Shown: positions 36,609 through 50,590 of the stretch, in pieces
How the letters are laid out: each line of letters begins with the position of its first letter
Numbering within the stretch: position 1 is the stretch's first letter
Assembly: GCF_002571385.2 (NCBI RefSeq)
Contig: NW_019218041.1
Span: forward strand, 311,231 to 375,230
Direction: 5' to 3'
From: Stylophora pistillata
Taxonomy: Eukaryota
Length of the DNA: 64,000 bases
Notes under the pieces: model-generated
Databases searched by the model: none
What the model was told of the DNA's origin: nothing
The model's input: the letters and a program-made list of their open reading frames with translations, nothing else
Translations under genes and position numbers: made by a program

Positions 36609-39600
36609 TTAGCTTGGTAAGGATCTTTTGCTTGCCTCATCTACCTCCTCTAAATTAGGTAACCAGAATGCCTTTAAACAGAACAAAAATAACAAGATAT
36701 TAGTCTCAACATTGCTTTGGATCTCAGCATGGTTCCTCACAGCTCAAGTCATCTTTCTTTTTTAGTGAAAATGTTGAACTACTGGTACTTCATTTGAGTT
36801 TGGGTAAGTAGCAAACTTTCATCACAGGACAAGTTGACATCAGAATCAACTGAGCTCGGATAGTTGCTGCTACAGAAAACTCTCAACTTTTTGAAAGAAA
36901 AAGGAGGTTGTACTGTTGTAAAATGTCTATATAAAAATTTAGGTGCAGGATGTTAACAAAAAAAAAAAACCCTGAAAGACACATGACTTATAATATTGGT
37001 CAGATGATGGTTGCATAATATCAAAGGTTTAACGAAAAAAAAACAACACCTTTTTTATCCACAACTGCACTTACACTACAGTAGTAAAACAGGATGGAAT
37101 TGCATGCATTAGTCTGGAATGTACCACAGAAATGAGGATGGAGGACCCCTTAAAAAACCGTTTTGTTATTATCTCCCTAACATGTGACACCAGTGTGCAA
37201 AGTTTCAATACAAAGTTATTACAAACTTCATTCTAGGGAATCACCTTCAACTCTGATGAGTTATCAACTCGTAATCTTTCAATCTGTTCTTCTACTAACT
37301 GTACATAATTTGTACACAGACATGCATGTGTCACCAATAAATAATACTGACCATGTTGGTACAAGCACTGGCCAACATCATGTACTTAGGATTGAATGCA
37401 ACACATTGAATAGGACCAGGGTGATTACCCTCCAAAACAGTCAGCTTCTGCCCGCTGTCTGACCCCCAGACATGGACACGCCCATCTTGAGAACCTGTTC
37501 AACAACACAATGCACCATTTACATGTTTCAGGTGGTATGATGAAACGTACTTCAAGAAGTTGAATTTGTTTCTCAGCGACTGATGAATCTCCAAATAAAA
37601 TTGTTCTCTGAGTGAAATACTGAATTCATACATATGATAGTAGATATATTGATGTAAAATATTTTACCAGAGATGGCATATTGTGCATCAGGAGTGAAAC
37701 AAACTTCAACTGGAGTAGACCTTGTCACAGTATGACCCTAAATAAATAATGTAACATAAAGGTATAATTTGGATATATCAACAAAGTTGAAATGGTAAAT
37801 TGGCCACTGTAACAATTACAAAAGCTGACGTTTCGAGCGTTAGCCCTTTGTCGCAGCGAATAGAGGAATTGTGGGTTGTGTGTGCTTTTAAAGGCAGTGT
37901 GGATTGAAAAATGCTAAGACAAAAGTTAGTAGTTGCAGCAATCAAAATACAAATGAATAAAGGCTGATAGTTTCGAAAGAAACTGTTTGGGCTGCGTCGG
38001 TGGGAGTAACGAAATAATTTGGATATATTAAAGTTGAAATGGTAAATTGGCCACGGTAACGATTACAAAAGCTGACATTTCGAGCGTTAGCCCTTCATTA
38101 GTCCTTTTGTTACTCCCACCGATGCAGCCCCAAACAGTTTCTTTCGAAACTATCTGCCTTTAACATAAAGGTAGTTTTAGCTAATTTTAGATCAGGTCAC
38201 TTTATAGTTTCTTTAGTGTACATTGTAGCTAAAGTAGTACTCCAAAGCAGCGATTTACATTCAAAATATACTTAAATTGTATATATTAATACATTATTTA
38301 AAGGATCATCTTGTCACTCACTAATGCTTTGCAAGTTTTTGGCAAATGTTTCATTTTAGCAAATGCAGCAGAATGTGTTGCTCAATCACACAATGATGAA
38401 AGCCCAGAGAAACCTCTACATAATAACTGATGTTTTTGCTACATGTTCCAATCTTACTTCACCTTGTCTATAGACAGGATATCCGCATCTGATTTTTCAG
38501 TTTCACGATGAATGTAAGTGTGCCGCTGTATAGGTATTTGACCAGAACTACAAAAATTTAGCATTACTGTGCAACTAACATAAGCAGTACTTACAGTGAA
38601 AGTATGTAGCTGTGTTCCTTGAAAAGCATCAATCAAATGAATGACTCCTCCATTTGTGGCCAATAAGATCATTTTTCCATCAGAACTAAACTTAACTCCA
38701 GTCCACTCAATGTTTGGGTCATTTTGAATGTGGAAAGTAGAAAATGGACCCTAAAGGAAACAATTCAATTACACTTTTAAATTTTTAAGAAAATGTAGGT
38801 TAGATTACACAGCAAAGCAAGGTAAAAGTGAGAAAAAATATTAAAACTGAAATAATAATAATAATAAAAAATACAAAAAAGAGGTAAATTTTGAACTTGG
38901 ATATGAACACTATTTAAGCAGTAGTGAAAAAAATGCCTGAAAAAAAACTCAGGCTTGTACGGGATTTGAACCCATCACCTCTGCGATACCAGAACAGTGT
39001 TCTACCAACTGAGCTAACAAGCCAACTGGAAGCTGGTCACTAGTGTTCATTACCACAAGGATGACTTTCATCTAAATTTCTTAAAAACCAAAGTGCACAT
39101 AATTTGGATATATCAATAAAGTTGAAATGGTAAATTGGTCACTGTAACGATTACAAAAGCTGACGTTTCGAGCGTTTTCCCTTCGTCGGAGCGAATAGAA
39201 GAATTGTGGTTTGTGTGTGCTTTGAAAGGCAGAAAATGGAGCTACAATTCCTCTATTCGCTCCGACGAAGAGCTAACGCTCGAAATATCAGCTTTTGTAA
39301 TTGTTACGGTGGCCAATTTACTATTTCAACTTTGTTGATATATCCAAATTATTTCATTACCCTCGCCGATGCAGCCCCAAACAGTTTCTTTAGAAACTAT
39401 CAGCCTTTATTCACAGTGCACATATGATTTACCAACAATCAGTCTTTTAACTTGGTTGTTGAATAAAGAAGGTTTTAAATCTAAGTTTCCCTCCTTGAAG
39501 GCTGAACTTTATGAACTAGGCTTACTCTGGTCATGTGACAAATTAAATTTAAGTAACTTTCCTTCATACATTTTAAGTGTACATTGCACTTTACAAACAT

Positions 39601-42600
39601 CAAGGGTAAAAACAAGGAATGCTCACTGAAGGAAGAGTACGTAGGACTGAAAAATCCAATTCTTTGTTTCCAAAAATTATATTTGGGGTCAATGGTGCCT
39701 TTGGTTATTGTGCACTCATTTCAATGACAAGGTAAGCATGCCAATCACAAACTAAGTACATGCCATGAAAAATACCAGCCTAGCAAATCACCCTGCAATT
39801 TTTTTTTTATTTTGAAATAACCCCAATATTATTTTTCATTTCAAAAGATCAATATGAATGTGAGCAGTCTTAATAACATTCCATTGAGACTATTCACTTG
39901 ATACCATATTGTACTTATTCCAAATTTCTTTGGATGTAAATGACTAATGAGTGAACTTTTTGAGACTAATGTAATCTAAAAAAAAAGGTAATTTAGGAGC
40001 AAAAGTCTGTTAAGTTAGGTCAACTAACATCAAATAAAGACCATCCTTTTCGTAATCTGAAAATTTTAATTTCCCTTTTGATTTATTTCGAGCTGATATT
40101 ATGCCATGTACCCAAGCTCCTAAAAACACTTAACCCTCCAAAGTGTTCCTTTTACAAAACTAAATGCAGCTGTTGCCCTTTGGTTCAGTTGCCTTTTCAA
40201 CAGGAGTTGGCAGTGCTCTTTGCTGCTGCTGTTTTTTGCTGCTGCTGCTGTTTTACTGTTTTTATTATTATTTCATGGAACATTAAAAGCCAATTTACAC
40301 AACCTACATGTAGCATTAGCTAATCTTGGCAGGTATTATTAATAAATAAGTAAATACTACACATTGTAAGCTAAAGAGATTTCATTACTACTACAGTATT
40401 ACTGCAGTTATAAGCTATGCATTAGTTTACTACATTATAAGCTAAATGAGTTGTCATACAAATTAAATACAATAAAATTACTAGTAAGTTAAACAAGACA
40501 TAGTAATCAAATACAGGTAGAGCAGACTGGAAAGTAGAGAGGAGTGAATTGTGACATATGGATGTGAGCGAATAATATTCGATAATCAATGGTATTGAAT
40601 TTCAATATTAGTGAATGGGTGTCGAAATAATAGTCCTCAATCCCAAGTATCGTCAAAAGCAACTTATGAATTTTCCTTTTAAATGCTCTTTCTGTGAGCT
40701 TACGCAAGTCAGGGTTTAGACAGTTCGATAACCTCATACCAAACACAGAGAAAGACTTAGATTTCTGTACATAAAAATTCTCTGTGGAAGAGAAATGCGC
40801 ATTATATGTATGGATGTCAGATGAAGTTCCCAAATATTCCTTGGTGTGGAGCTAGTAGAAACATCATGCATTATGGTGGAAACTGTTTCAAAATAGAGCA
40901 TAGTAATAGGTAGGATACTCGCAGTTACGAAAAGAAGGATAGCATGAGATATTTTGCTGGAAAAGAAAATCAAATGGAGTGCACACTTTTGTAAGGTGAG
41001 AATCTTTTTAAATCACTCTGAGCTGCCTGAACTCAAGCAGCTATACTGTAGAGCGTGTAGGGAAAAATCAGCCATCGGCAAATTTGAAGAAGGGTATTTA
41101 AAGGTACATGATGTCTAAACCTGGCAATTATGCCGGCTATTTTACTAATCTTCGAAGCAATATGGTCCATATTTGGCTTTCAGGTTAAGTTCTTGTCAAT
41201 TGATACACCCAAAAATTTTACATGATCTTTGCGTTCAAGAAGTGTGAATCCACTGTTGTTATTATCCAGAATTTTGATACATAGCTGATGATTAATTCTT
41301 TTTTGTGCTGGTATAAAAACGACAAAATTTGATTTCTTCGCATTAATGGTTAGTTTATTAGCATCAAACCAGTCACAAACATTTTTTAGCTCATTATTAG
41401 CTACGGTTTCAAGGGATTTCAAGTCCTTGTCGGCATTTAACAGGTTTGTGTCATCAGGAAACAGATAAAAGCCAAGTTTACTGCTACAAACTTAAGATAA
41501 ATATCATTAATATAAATCAAGAAAAGTAAGGGGCCTAAAACAGACCCTTGTGGAACTCCAGTTACCGAGTTTTTCTTAGATGAAATATGGTCATTATCAA
41601 TATGCGTTCGCTAGGAATTGTATCAGTCACCCAGTTGAGAATATGATAAAAAGAAAATAATTCAAATACTGGAAAATTATAGACGAATGATCAAACACGG
41701 CCTTCATCAGGAAACTGCTGAGTCAGCCTAGGTCACGCAAGTGTCACATGATAGCTGACTCGATGTGAAGATCTTGGACAAGGAAGAAGACTGTGTCAGA
41801 CGTGGCATCAAAGAAGCGGTTTGGGAGAGGGTAGAGGACCCTTCTCTTAATAAGAAAGGGGGGTTGCGGTTTGTACTATCGCACACATGGGACCATACAT
41901 TATGGTATGTGCCGAGTCAGCCATCACGTGACACTTGCATGACCTGACTCGGCAGTTTCCTGATGAAGGCCATGTGGTATGGTCAAAATGTCGATTGTTC
42001 GTCTATAATTTTCCAGTATTTGAATTATTTTCTTTATATCACCAATATGCGTTGTTTGCGTTCGATTAGTCAAAGACAACGAGAACCACTCATGTACAAT
42101 GCCTCTTATCCCATAATGGTGCAATTTATCAAGTAAAATAGTGTGATTGACAGTATCAAACGCTTTTTTGAAATCGAGAAAAATACCACATGTGAACATT
42201 TTCTTGTCAATATTAGTTTGTACTGTATTTACTATGTCCGAAATTGCATGCTGAGTGGAGAATTTCTCTCTAAAGTCTTACTGGGCTTCAAATAAAAGTT
42301 CATTATATTTGATGTATGATTTCAATTGTTTGTACATAAGTTTTTAAATATTCTATTGAAGATGGAGAGTAGCGAAATAGGAGGGTAGTTGCTAGGGTTG
42401 GTCTCATTGTCACCCTTGTATACCGGGATAACTTTTGCCTGTTTTAGCTTGGAAGGATATTTTCCACTTTGGACAGAGAGGTTGATAAAGCTCGGCTAGT
42501 TGTGAAGTGAGTATGCTCTTTGCACATTTCAAAACACAAATAGGGCATGAATATAGTCCATAAGCCTTGTTTGCTGGTAAAAGCGAGATTTCTAGTTCAA

Positions 42601-45600
42601 TATCTGATGAAATGACTGGTTCAAAGAAAAAGGAAGTGGTGAAATTAGTATTTGTTAAGTATTCACTATAGTGACAATTACTATCTTGTACATTTGCCGC
42701 TTGCTTTTGGCCAACCGTAGAAAAGACATTGTTTAGCATGTTCGGCAATGCCACTGGATTACGTCAAACCATTTCCATTTAGTCGTTTAAGGCTAACAGT
42801 TAAGGTTCATTACGTCATTGATTCCAATCCATGCTTTCTTCATGTAATGATCAGCGGTATTACACGTTACGGACATGCACATGAGGAGAACACATGAGCA
42901 TCGTTTTGTAAAGAGGTTGGATTTTTAAATTATTAAAACTGTTATCAAAATCCATCGTGTTTTCATATCAAGAATATTACATGGTGTCAGGAGTAAAACA
43001 CGAAACAGAAACTCAACCATCCATCTAGCGAAAATTTGGACAAAATACAGCCGGCGTTTCAGAGCAATCAACATTGGCGATCCAACTTCATGTCACAGGA
43101 TCTGTCACTTCTTGACACGCCGGAAGAGGTAGAAAACACCGAAGAAACACAACAACCAGTGGAAATCGAAGAACACACAATCAAAATGGCGATGCACTTA
43201 AGCCTCACAGTACCTCTTGAGTTAAGTGGGGGAAACATCTTGGCCAACTGGAAGAAATTCAAACAGAAATATGTAAATTACAAAATTGCGACCGGAATAA
43301 GCTTGAAGGACAGTGCAACCAGGGTAGCAACACTTCTGACAGTTATCGGCAATGATGCTATCGATGTTTTCAACACTCCAACCTGGGATGAAGAAGACGA
43401 TGACAAGAAAAGTGATAAGGTACTGTCGAAATTTGAGCAATACTGTGAACCAAAGAAAAATGTCAGCTACAAAAGATACAAATTCTTCTCAAGGGCCCAA
43501 GAAAGCGGCGAAAGTATCAAGCAGTATGTAATGATACTAAAAAAGCTTTGTGAAACATGTGAATTTGGGACATTGAAAAATTCTCTCATCAAGGATCGAA
43601 TTGTACTTGGTGTAAACAACACGAAAACGAGAGAAAGACTTCTCCAGGTGAAAGACCTTACACTGGAAAAAGCAGTAGACGTAGTACGATCTGCAGAGGC
43701 CACAAAAATTCAAATGAAAGAACTAGACTGTGACTCATCAGTGCATTGAATTGAAAAAGAGAAAAACAAATTTGCAGACAAAAAGACACCCTCAGCTAAT
43801 GATGAAAAAAGACCTCCAAGCAAGAAGTTCAATTGCTGCAACTGTGGAACTAAACATGGTCTAAGAGAGTGTTCTGCATATGGCAAAACATGCAACTATT
43901 GTCAGAAAAGAAATCACTTCCAGAGTGTATGCAGATCACGGAAAAAAGTCCATGGACTGGACGTAGATCAACAAGAGGAAGAACAAAATCTTAATTCAAC
44001 CCTAATTGTAGGAGCTGTCACTACAGACGTTCAGATCTACAATGGGGAATGCTATGTGAAGCTTCCAGTAAAAGGGCATATCACAAAACTCAAGATAGAC
44101 ACTGGCTCTCAAGTTAACATCATGCTGTTTAAAGACCTAAAGAAGATAGTTGGTAGCAACCCACAGATAAATGCCTGCACACACAATCTAGTAAGCTACT
44201 CCGAAGACAAGCTAACTGTACTTGGCACTATTAAACTACCAGTGAAATCTAAAACAGATGTCGAACAGGAGCTGACGTTCCACATAGTAGAAACAAATCA
44301 ACCAGGAGTATTGGGGTTCACATCATCTAGAGATCTGGGTCTAATTGAAGTGATTATGGCAAACAAGAGAGAAGAAGACCAAACCAAACCAAACAGAGGA
44401 AAGGAAGCTAAGAAGCTCTCTGAAGAACTGAAAGAAGAAATGCTGCAAAAGTACAAGCAAGTATTCACAGGTTTTGGACGTTTGGAAAAACCTTACCACA
44501 TTGAAATAGACCCCACTGTGACACCTGTTGTACACCCACCTAGAAATGTCCCAGCAGCTCTTCGCGACCGAGTGAAGAAAGAATTGGATGACATGGAAAA
44601 GCGAGGGGTTGTTCGTAAGATAGAAGAACCCACAGACTGGGTCAACTCCATGGCCATTGTTGAAAAGCCCAATGGTAGTCTGCGGATCTTTTTAGATCCA
44701 AAGCACCTCAATAACGCAATAAAACGGGAACATTTTCAGCTACCCACCATAGAGGACATCACTACACGTATGGCAAATGCAAAATGGTTCACCAAGCTAG
44801 ATGCTAACCAAGGATACTGGCAGATACCTCTTGATGAAGAAAGTCAACTTCTAACCACCTTCAACACACTGTTTGGGCAGTACTGTTATCAAGTCACTCC
44901 ATTCGGAATCACATCTGCCCAAGAAGTTTTCCAAAAGCGGATGAGTCAACACTTCAGCAACTTGGAAGGAGTTGAAACCGACATCGATGACATAATAGTG
45001 CATGCAGAAACAGAAGAAAAACATGACCATCATCTACAAGCCGTCCTGGAATGATGTGAGAAGATTAACCTAACCCTAAACAAAGAAAAGTGCATTTTCA
45101 AAGTCAAAGAAGTCACCTACATTGGTCACAAACTCACACAAGAAAGAATCAAACCAGATGATGAAAAGGTGTGTGCCATAAACGACATGCCTGCACCAAC
45201 TGATAAAAAAGGAGTAGAAAGACTCCTTGGAACTATCAACTATCTGGGCAAGTTCATTCCCAATCTGGCAACCGTCACTGAGCCTATCAGAATTCTGCTA
45301 AGAAAGGACATCGAATTTCAGTGGTCATATGAACAAGACAAAGCACTACAAGAAATCAAAAATATCCTAACCAAAGATGGAGGGCCAGTCTTGAGATTTT
45401 TTGATCTTCAAAAACCTGTTACCATCAGCTGTGATGCCTCCCCAACTGGTCTAGGAGGGGTGCTACTACAAGGTGGATGTCCTGTTGCATATGCTTCAAG
45501 ATCCCTCACGGATGCAGAATCAAGATATGCTCAAATAGAAAAAGAGCTCTTAGCTATTCAGTTCAGCCTAGAACGTTTCAACCAATACACCTATGGCAAG

Positions 45601-48600
45601 CAAGTCACCATAGAATCAGATCACAAGCCCCTTGAGGCCATTGTTAAAAAGGCATTGGCATCAGCACCACTAAGACTGCAAAGAATCCTACTAAGAATGC
45701 AGAAGTATGACTATACATTGGAATACAAACCAGGAAAAGAGTTAGTACTTCCTGACATGCTCTCCAGAGCACCACTTCCCGAGACCACTTCTGGCAGCAT
45801 GGAAGAAGAAATTGCATTACATGTCCACCTACTAACTTCTAACTTACCAGTCTCGAAGCCAAAACTAGAAGAAATTAAAGAAGCCACAGCAAATGATCCA
45901 TCAATGAAAGAGCTGAACGAAATGATCAAATTTGGATGGCCAAAAACAAAGTCTCACATGCCAGCAAATATTCAAGTCTACTGGCATGTAAGAGATGAGC
46001 TCTCTGAAATCGATGGTATTACTCTCAAAAATGACAGAATATTGATCCCATCCTCTATGAGAAAAGAAATGCTCCAACAAATGCATCAAGGCCACATGGG
46101 GATGGAAAAATCCAAACGACGAGCAAGAGATGTACTATACTGGCCAGGAATGAATTCTCAAAGCAGCGACATGATAGCAAGATGCACCATTTGTTTAGAG
46201 CATCAACAGCGAAACACATAAGAGCCAATGATACCTCAGCGCATACCAACCAGGCCCTGGGAAATGGTAGCCACAGACCTGTTCACGTGGGACAAATCTG
46301 AATACCTGATAATTGTTGACTATCACTCAAGATATTTTGAAGTAGCCAAGCTTCCAGACACCAAAAGTACTACAGTCATAACCTTCCCCAAATCCATGTT
46401 CGCCAGACATGGAATACCATCTGAAGTGATCAGCATCAATGGTCCCCAGTATTCCTCAAAAGACTTTTCGCTGTTTGCTCAACAGTGGGAATTCAAACAT
46501 AAAACTGTCAGTCCACAGTATCCCCAAGCCAATGGTCTTGCTGAGAAAGAAGTTCAAATAGTGAAAAATCGACTAACCAAAGCTAAGCAAGATCGCCAGG
46601 ATCCCTATTTAGGACTACTTGAATACAGGAACACCCCAATAGATAACACTGGTTCACCAGTGCAACTACTCATGAGCAGACGACTCAGATCAACAATTCC
46701 CACAACTGACGCACAGCTCCAGCCTAAAGTCCTTGATTCACACAAAGTTATGGAAAAACTGAGGCTCAAACAAGAAAAACAAAAGCACTATTTTGATCAA
46801 CATGCCAAACATCTCCCCACGTTAGAGAAAGGTGACTGGATCAGAGTGCAAATGGGAAGCCATTGGAAACCGGGCGTTGTAACAGATCATGCTGGAACAC
46901 CGAGATCTTATAGGATTTGAACTGATGAGGGTAAAGAGTACCGTAGAAGTAGAAGAGGATTGATGAAATCACCAGTAAGCAGTCCATCAACAACTGACAT
47001 CTCACCTAATACTGATTCTTCAATGGTGAGAGCTTATGAACATTCACCCTCCAAGGAAACAGCAGACCAAGCAATCCCACTTGTTGAAAGACCCACTACA
47101 ACATGTCTCAACCAAGAGGAAATTGATTCATTTGAGGATGAGATCCCAGAGCCTCGCAAGACAGCAAGTGGAAGAACTGTGAGAAGGCCTCTACGTTTCA
47201 AGGATTATGTTGCATAACAATAAACACATCTTACGTCTTGATGTTTGATGAAACTGTGGGACCACTGTGCCAAACATTTGTCTTAACGACTTTGTACACA
47301 TTTCTAACAAGTTTAAGTTAGAGGAAATATCGCACTTTTAATAAGTTCTTGTTTTTTATTTCGTTTCACTGCCCAGCGTTTCTCAATTTGGTGTTAGTGT
47401 GCATACACTCTGTTGTGTTCATTTTTTCTTCTTTTCATTTTCATTGGGGGAAGTTGTAATGATCAGCGGTATTACACGTTACGGACATGCACATGTAGAG
47501 AACACATGAGCATCGTTTTGTAAAGAGGTTGTATTTTTAAATTATTAAAACTGTTATCAAAATCCATCGTGTTTTCGTATCAAGAATATTACACTTCATA
47601 TTGTTCATACGTTGTGTAAAATACTTGTGATAATAGAGCTTTTTACTAAGAAAAATTAGGGATAGAATTTGTATTTGTCGGTATCCCTTGAGGCGAATAG
47701 AGCATTCTTGATTTTTATAGATATGATTATTCCTTTGGAAATCCAGGGTTTAAGGATTGCTTGAGTTTTCACTTTGATAGAGGTTTAAGGGGAGCATGTT
47801 TATCTAACAGTTTGTTAAGTTTGTTGTAAATTTTTGAAAAAGAGATATCAATATTTTCATTTGTTCTTGCAAGAATCCCTTCCCAGCTGACTTGTGCTAA
47901 TTCAGAGTTAAAATCCTCTTTTGAAAACCTAGAGAAGTCACGCACCATGGTCTTTTTAGGGAAAATTGTTTTGCAGGAGAATTCAGTCAAGCAAAATTGA
48001 CAGTAGTGGTCACTTATGTCTGAGATAATGTTGTGACTTGTGATTCTTCCACAATTTTTATTTACAAAAATGTTGTCAATTAGAGTGGCCGAGCTGCTTA
48101 TTCTAGTTGGTTTATCAATCATTAAACGAGTAGCTTTGTAAGGTGAGTAAGAATTCTTTAGTGAAATTGCATGTTTCGGCATTGAAGAGGTTTATGTTGA
48201 AATCACCCATTATGTAAACTGTCTTATTGGACTGACTAAATCTCTCGAGGGCTTCATCAAAATATGGCTGAAAGCTCTCTGGGGAATTGTGCTGTCTGCA
48301 GATTATTCCACAGATAATATTGCTTTTCTTTTCAAAGAGAAACTCCACCCACAGAACTTGGAAGGCACCGGTGACATTTTTTCTGTTATCTTGCACTTAA
48401 ATTTGTCCCTAATGTACACACCAACACCTCCAGCGGAAAGAGGTGATGGAACAAATTCAAATTCATAACCTGGTAGAGATGGTAAATGTTTTGGTAGATC
48501 AAAATTTGAATTTTAGTCTCAGTTATCCCTATAATACTGAAAAGATACTCCAGTTTGTTTAAAAGATGAGTTTCTAAATTTTCAAAATTTCGTTTCAGGC

Positions 48601-50556
48601 TTCTGACATGGTTGTGAAATAAAGAAAACTTCCGAATTCCAGTTCTGGTATTGACATTCAAGCCATTTTTCATTACATAAAAACTGTGGGGAGAATAATA
48701 TTGGCTTCGTATTTTTAAATTAGGAAGGTTAAAATCGGGGTTGATATTGCTATCTGTGTTCAGGCTAAATAAGTCAAGCTCATGGAAACTAGTGAGATTT
48801 TCTAGGTACTTCTAAGTTGGAAGGGAGCTACAGTAGGTACAAGATTATTGAATTGGCCATGCATCGGGATAAAGTTTATACCAAAATACATGCAAGGGAG
48901 TTCTTTGAGAAGCAGTTTTGCTGTGTTATTAGAGCTCTTAACAGACATATTTTAGATAAATTTCATTTACTCAAATTGTAGAAGTTTCTGTAGATCCTCC
49001 ACATCCTTGATCTTCAACACGTAAGAATCCCGGTCCTTGCAAAGATAAACACGCGAATTCTTGGCCCAACAGAATTCAAAGTGATAATCAGTTTTAAATT
49101 TTTTCGCTTCAGAGAAGACATTCTGCATTTTAGATGTGAGGTGGCCGAAAAGTCGAACAGAGGATAAGGACGTTCAGTCAGGCAGACCAAGGTTAATAGG
49201 ATTTGGTTTACAAGCATCTTTCCAGCGAGCCATAACTGCCTCCTTTGCTAATCTCCTTGTAAACTTGCATGTGATTGGCTTCGGCAAATTCCCGGCACTT
49301 CTGAGTGGCACTCGATGCGCTATGTCTATGTCCTGTAACATAAGATTCGTCCCTATCTCCGCAAACAGTTTCGCACATAATTTGCTGGTAACTTCTGCCG
49401 TTTCCTGACTATTGAGTTCAGGTACTCCTACAATCTTGATGTTGTACTGGAAGCGGTACTCCTCGATGGCATCAATCACCTTCCTTACCTCATCAACTTT
49501 CACACTCACTTGGGAAAGACGAGCACTTAACCGCCTGAGCTCTGCTTCTGCTCTAGTTTGGACAGACTGAAAATCTACTTGCTCATTTGTGGGAAATCGT
49601 TGGTCTCTCTCAGCCTGTGCTGCTGCTGATGTTGACTTGTCACCATCTTTGTTACCTAGCTGCGATTTGAGATTCTTGATCTCTTCAGCAAGATCTTCAA
49701 TTTGAGCTTTAAGCTCTAGATTCTTTTTCTTTAACAATGAATTAGAGTCACTCAGCTTGTTGAGGATTGAAAATTTGACAATTATTATATACAGTACACA
49801 AAGAAAACATTGAGGTAACTGTAGTAACTGTTCTAAACTGTTAGATATCGAACTACATGATTGTTCATCTTACAGATATTTGGAGACAAACATACTGGAT
49901 GTTGGGCTAACATTGTATGTTTCATTACAATATATTTACAGGAGATACCTTGTCAAAAGACCTCAAATCATACAGTTTCACCATTTCAGAGTCCACTCCA
50001 GCAGCAAATATCAGACCTTCAGGATCAAAAGCTGCTACAGGTCTCCCATTCACATGCATCAGTCCCTTAATGAAAAGAAAAAGGAACATCATATTTTTGT
50101 GTTTAGTTTATGTGATAATTGGTGTTTCATTCATGTGATTTCTTTTTTTTAATTGTCAGTTTAAGGCGTGAGTAGTCCAGTGGTCAGTGCGCTGGACTCT
50201 GGGTCAGATGGCCTGGGTTCAAGTCCTGGCCGGGGCTTGACGTTGTGTCCTTAAGCAAGACACTTCACTCACATTGCTTTGTCTTCTTGGATAGGACATA
50301 AAGCCAGAGGTCCTGTCTCGTGCATCTATCAATTAGTTAATTTCAGCAGGGGAAGTTAAAGAACCCACATCACGAGATTACTGTGATGTGGTCTGGCCTG
50401 GTTACCGGGAATGAGGCAGGAGGGGGGCATCTGTAAAATGTCTTCTTTATTTATTGTAAACTGTCGCGGGCAGTCTGGAAAAGTCCCCTGCACAGTGTTG
50501 TAAAGCGCATTAGAGCATTTCATGGAAATGCGCTATAAAAATCGATATATTATTAC

Positions 50557-50590
<34 letters not shown>

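Larger units (their letters stand above)
40335..49780 (-). mobile_element. Near full-length decayed LINE (L2/Crack/CR1 group) interrupted by Gypsy and Penelope insertions
   Basis: ORF1 at 49174-49737 (coiled coil, [15 protein letters not shown]). APE endonuclease fragments at 47769-48673 ([26 protein letters not shown]). RT fragments at 41180-42754 ([26 protein letters not shown]). AT-rich 3' tail at ~40335. Many stops and frameshifts; boundaries approximate. Confidence 0.9.
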
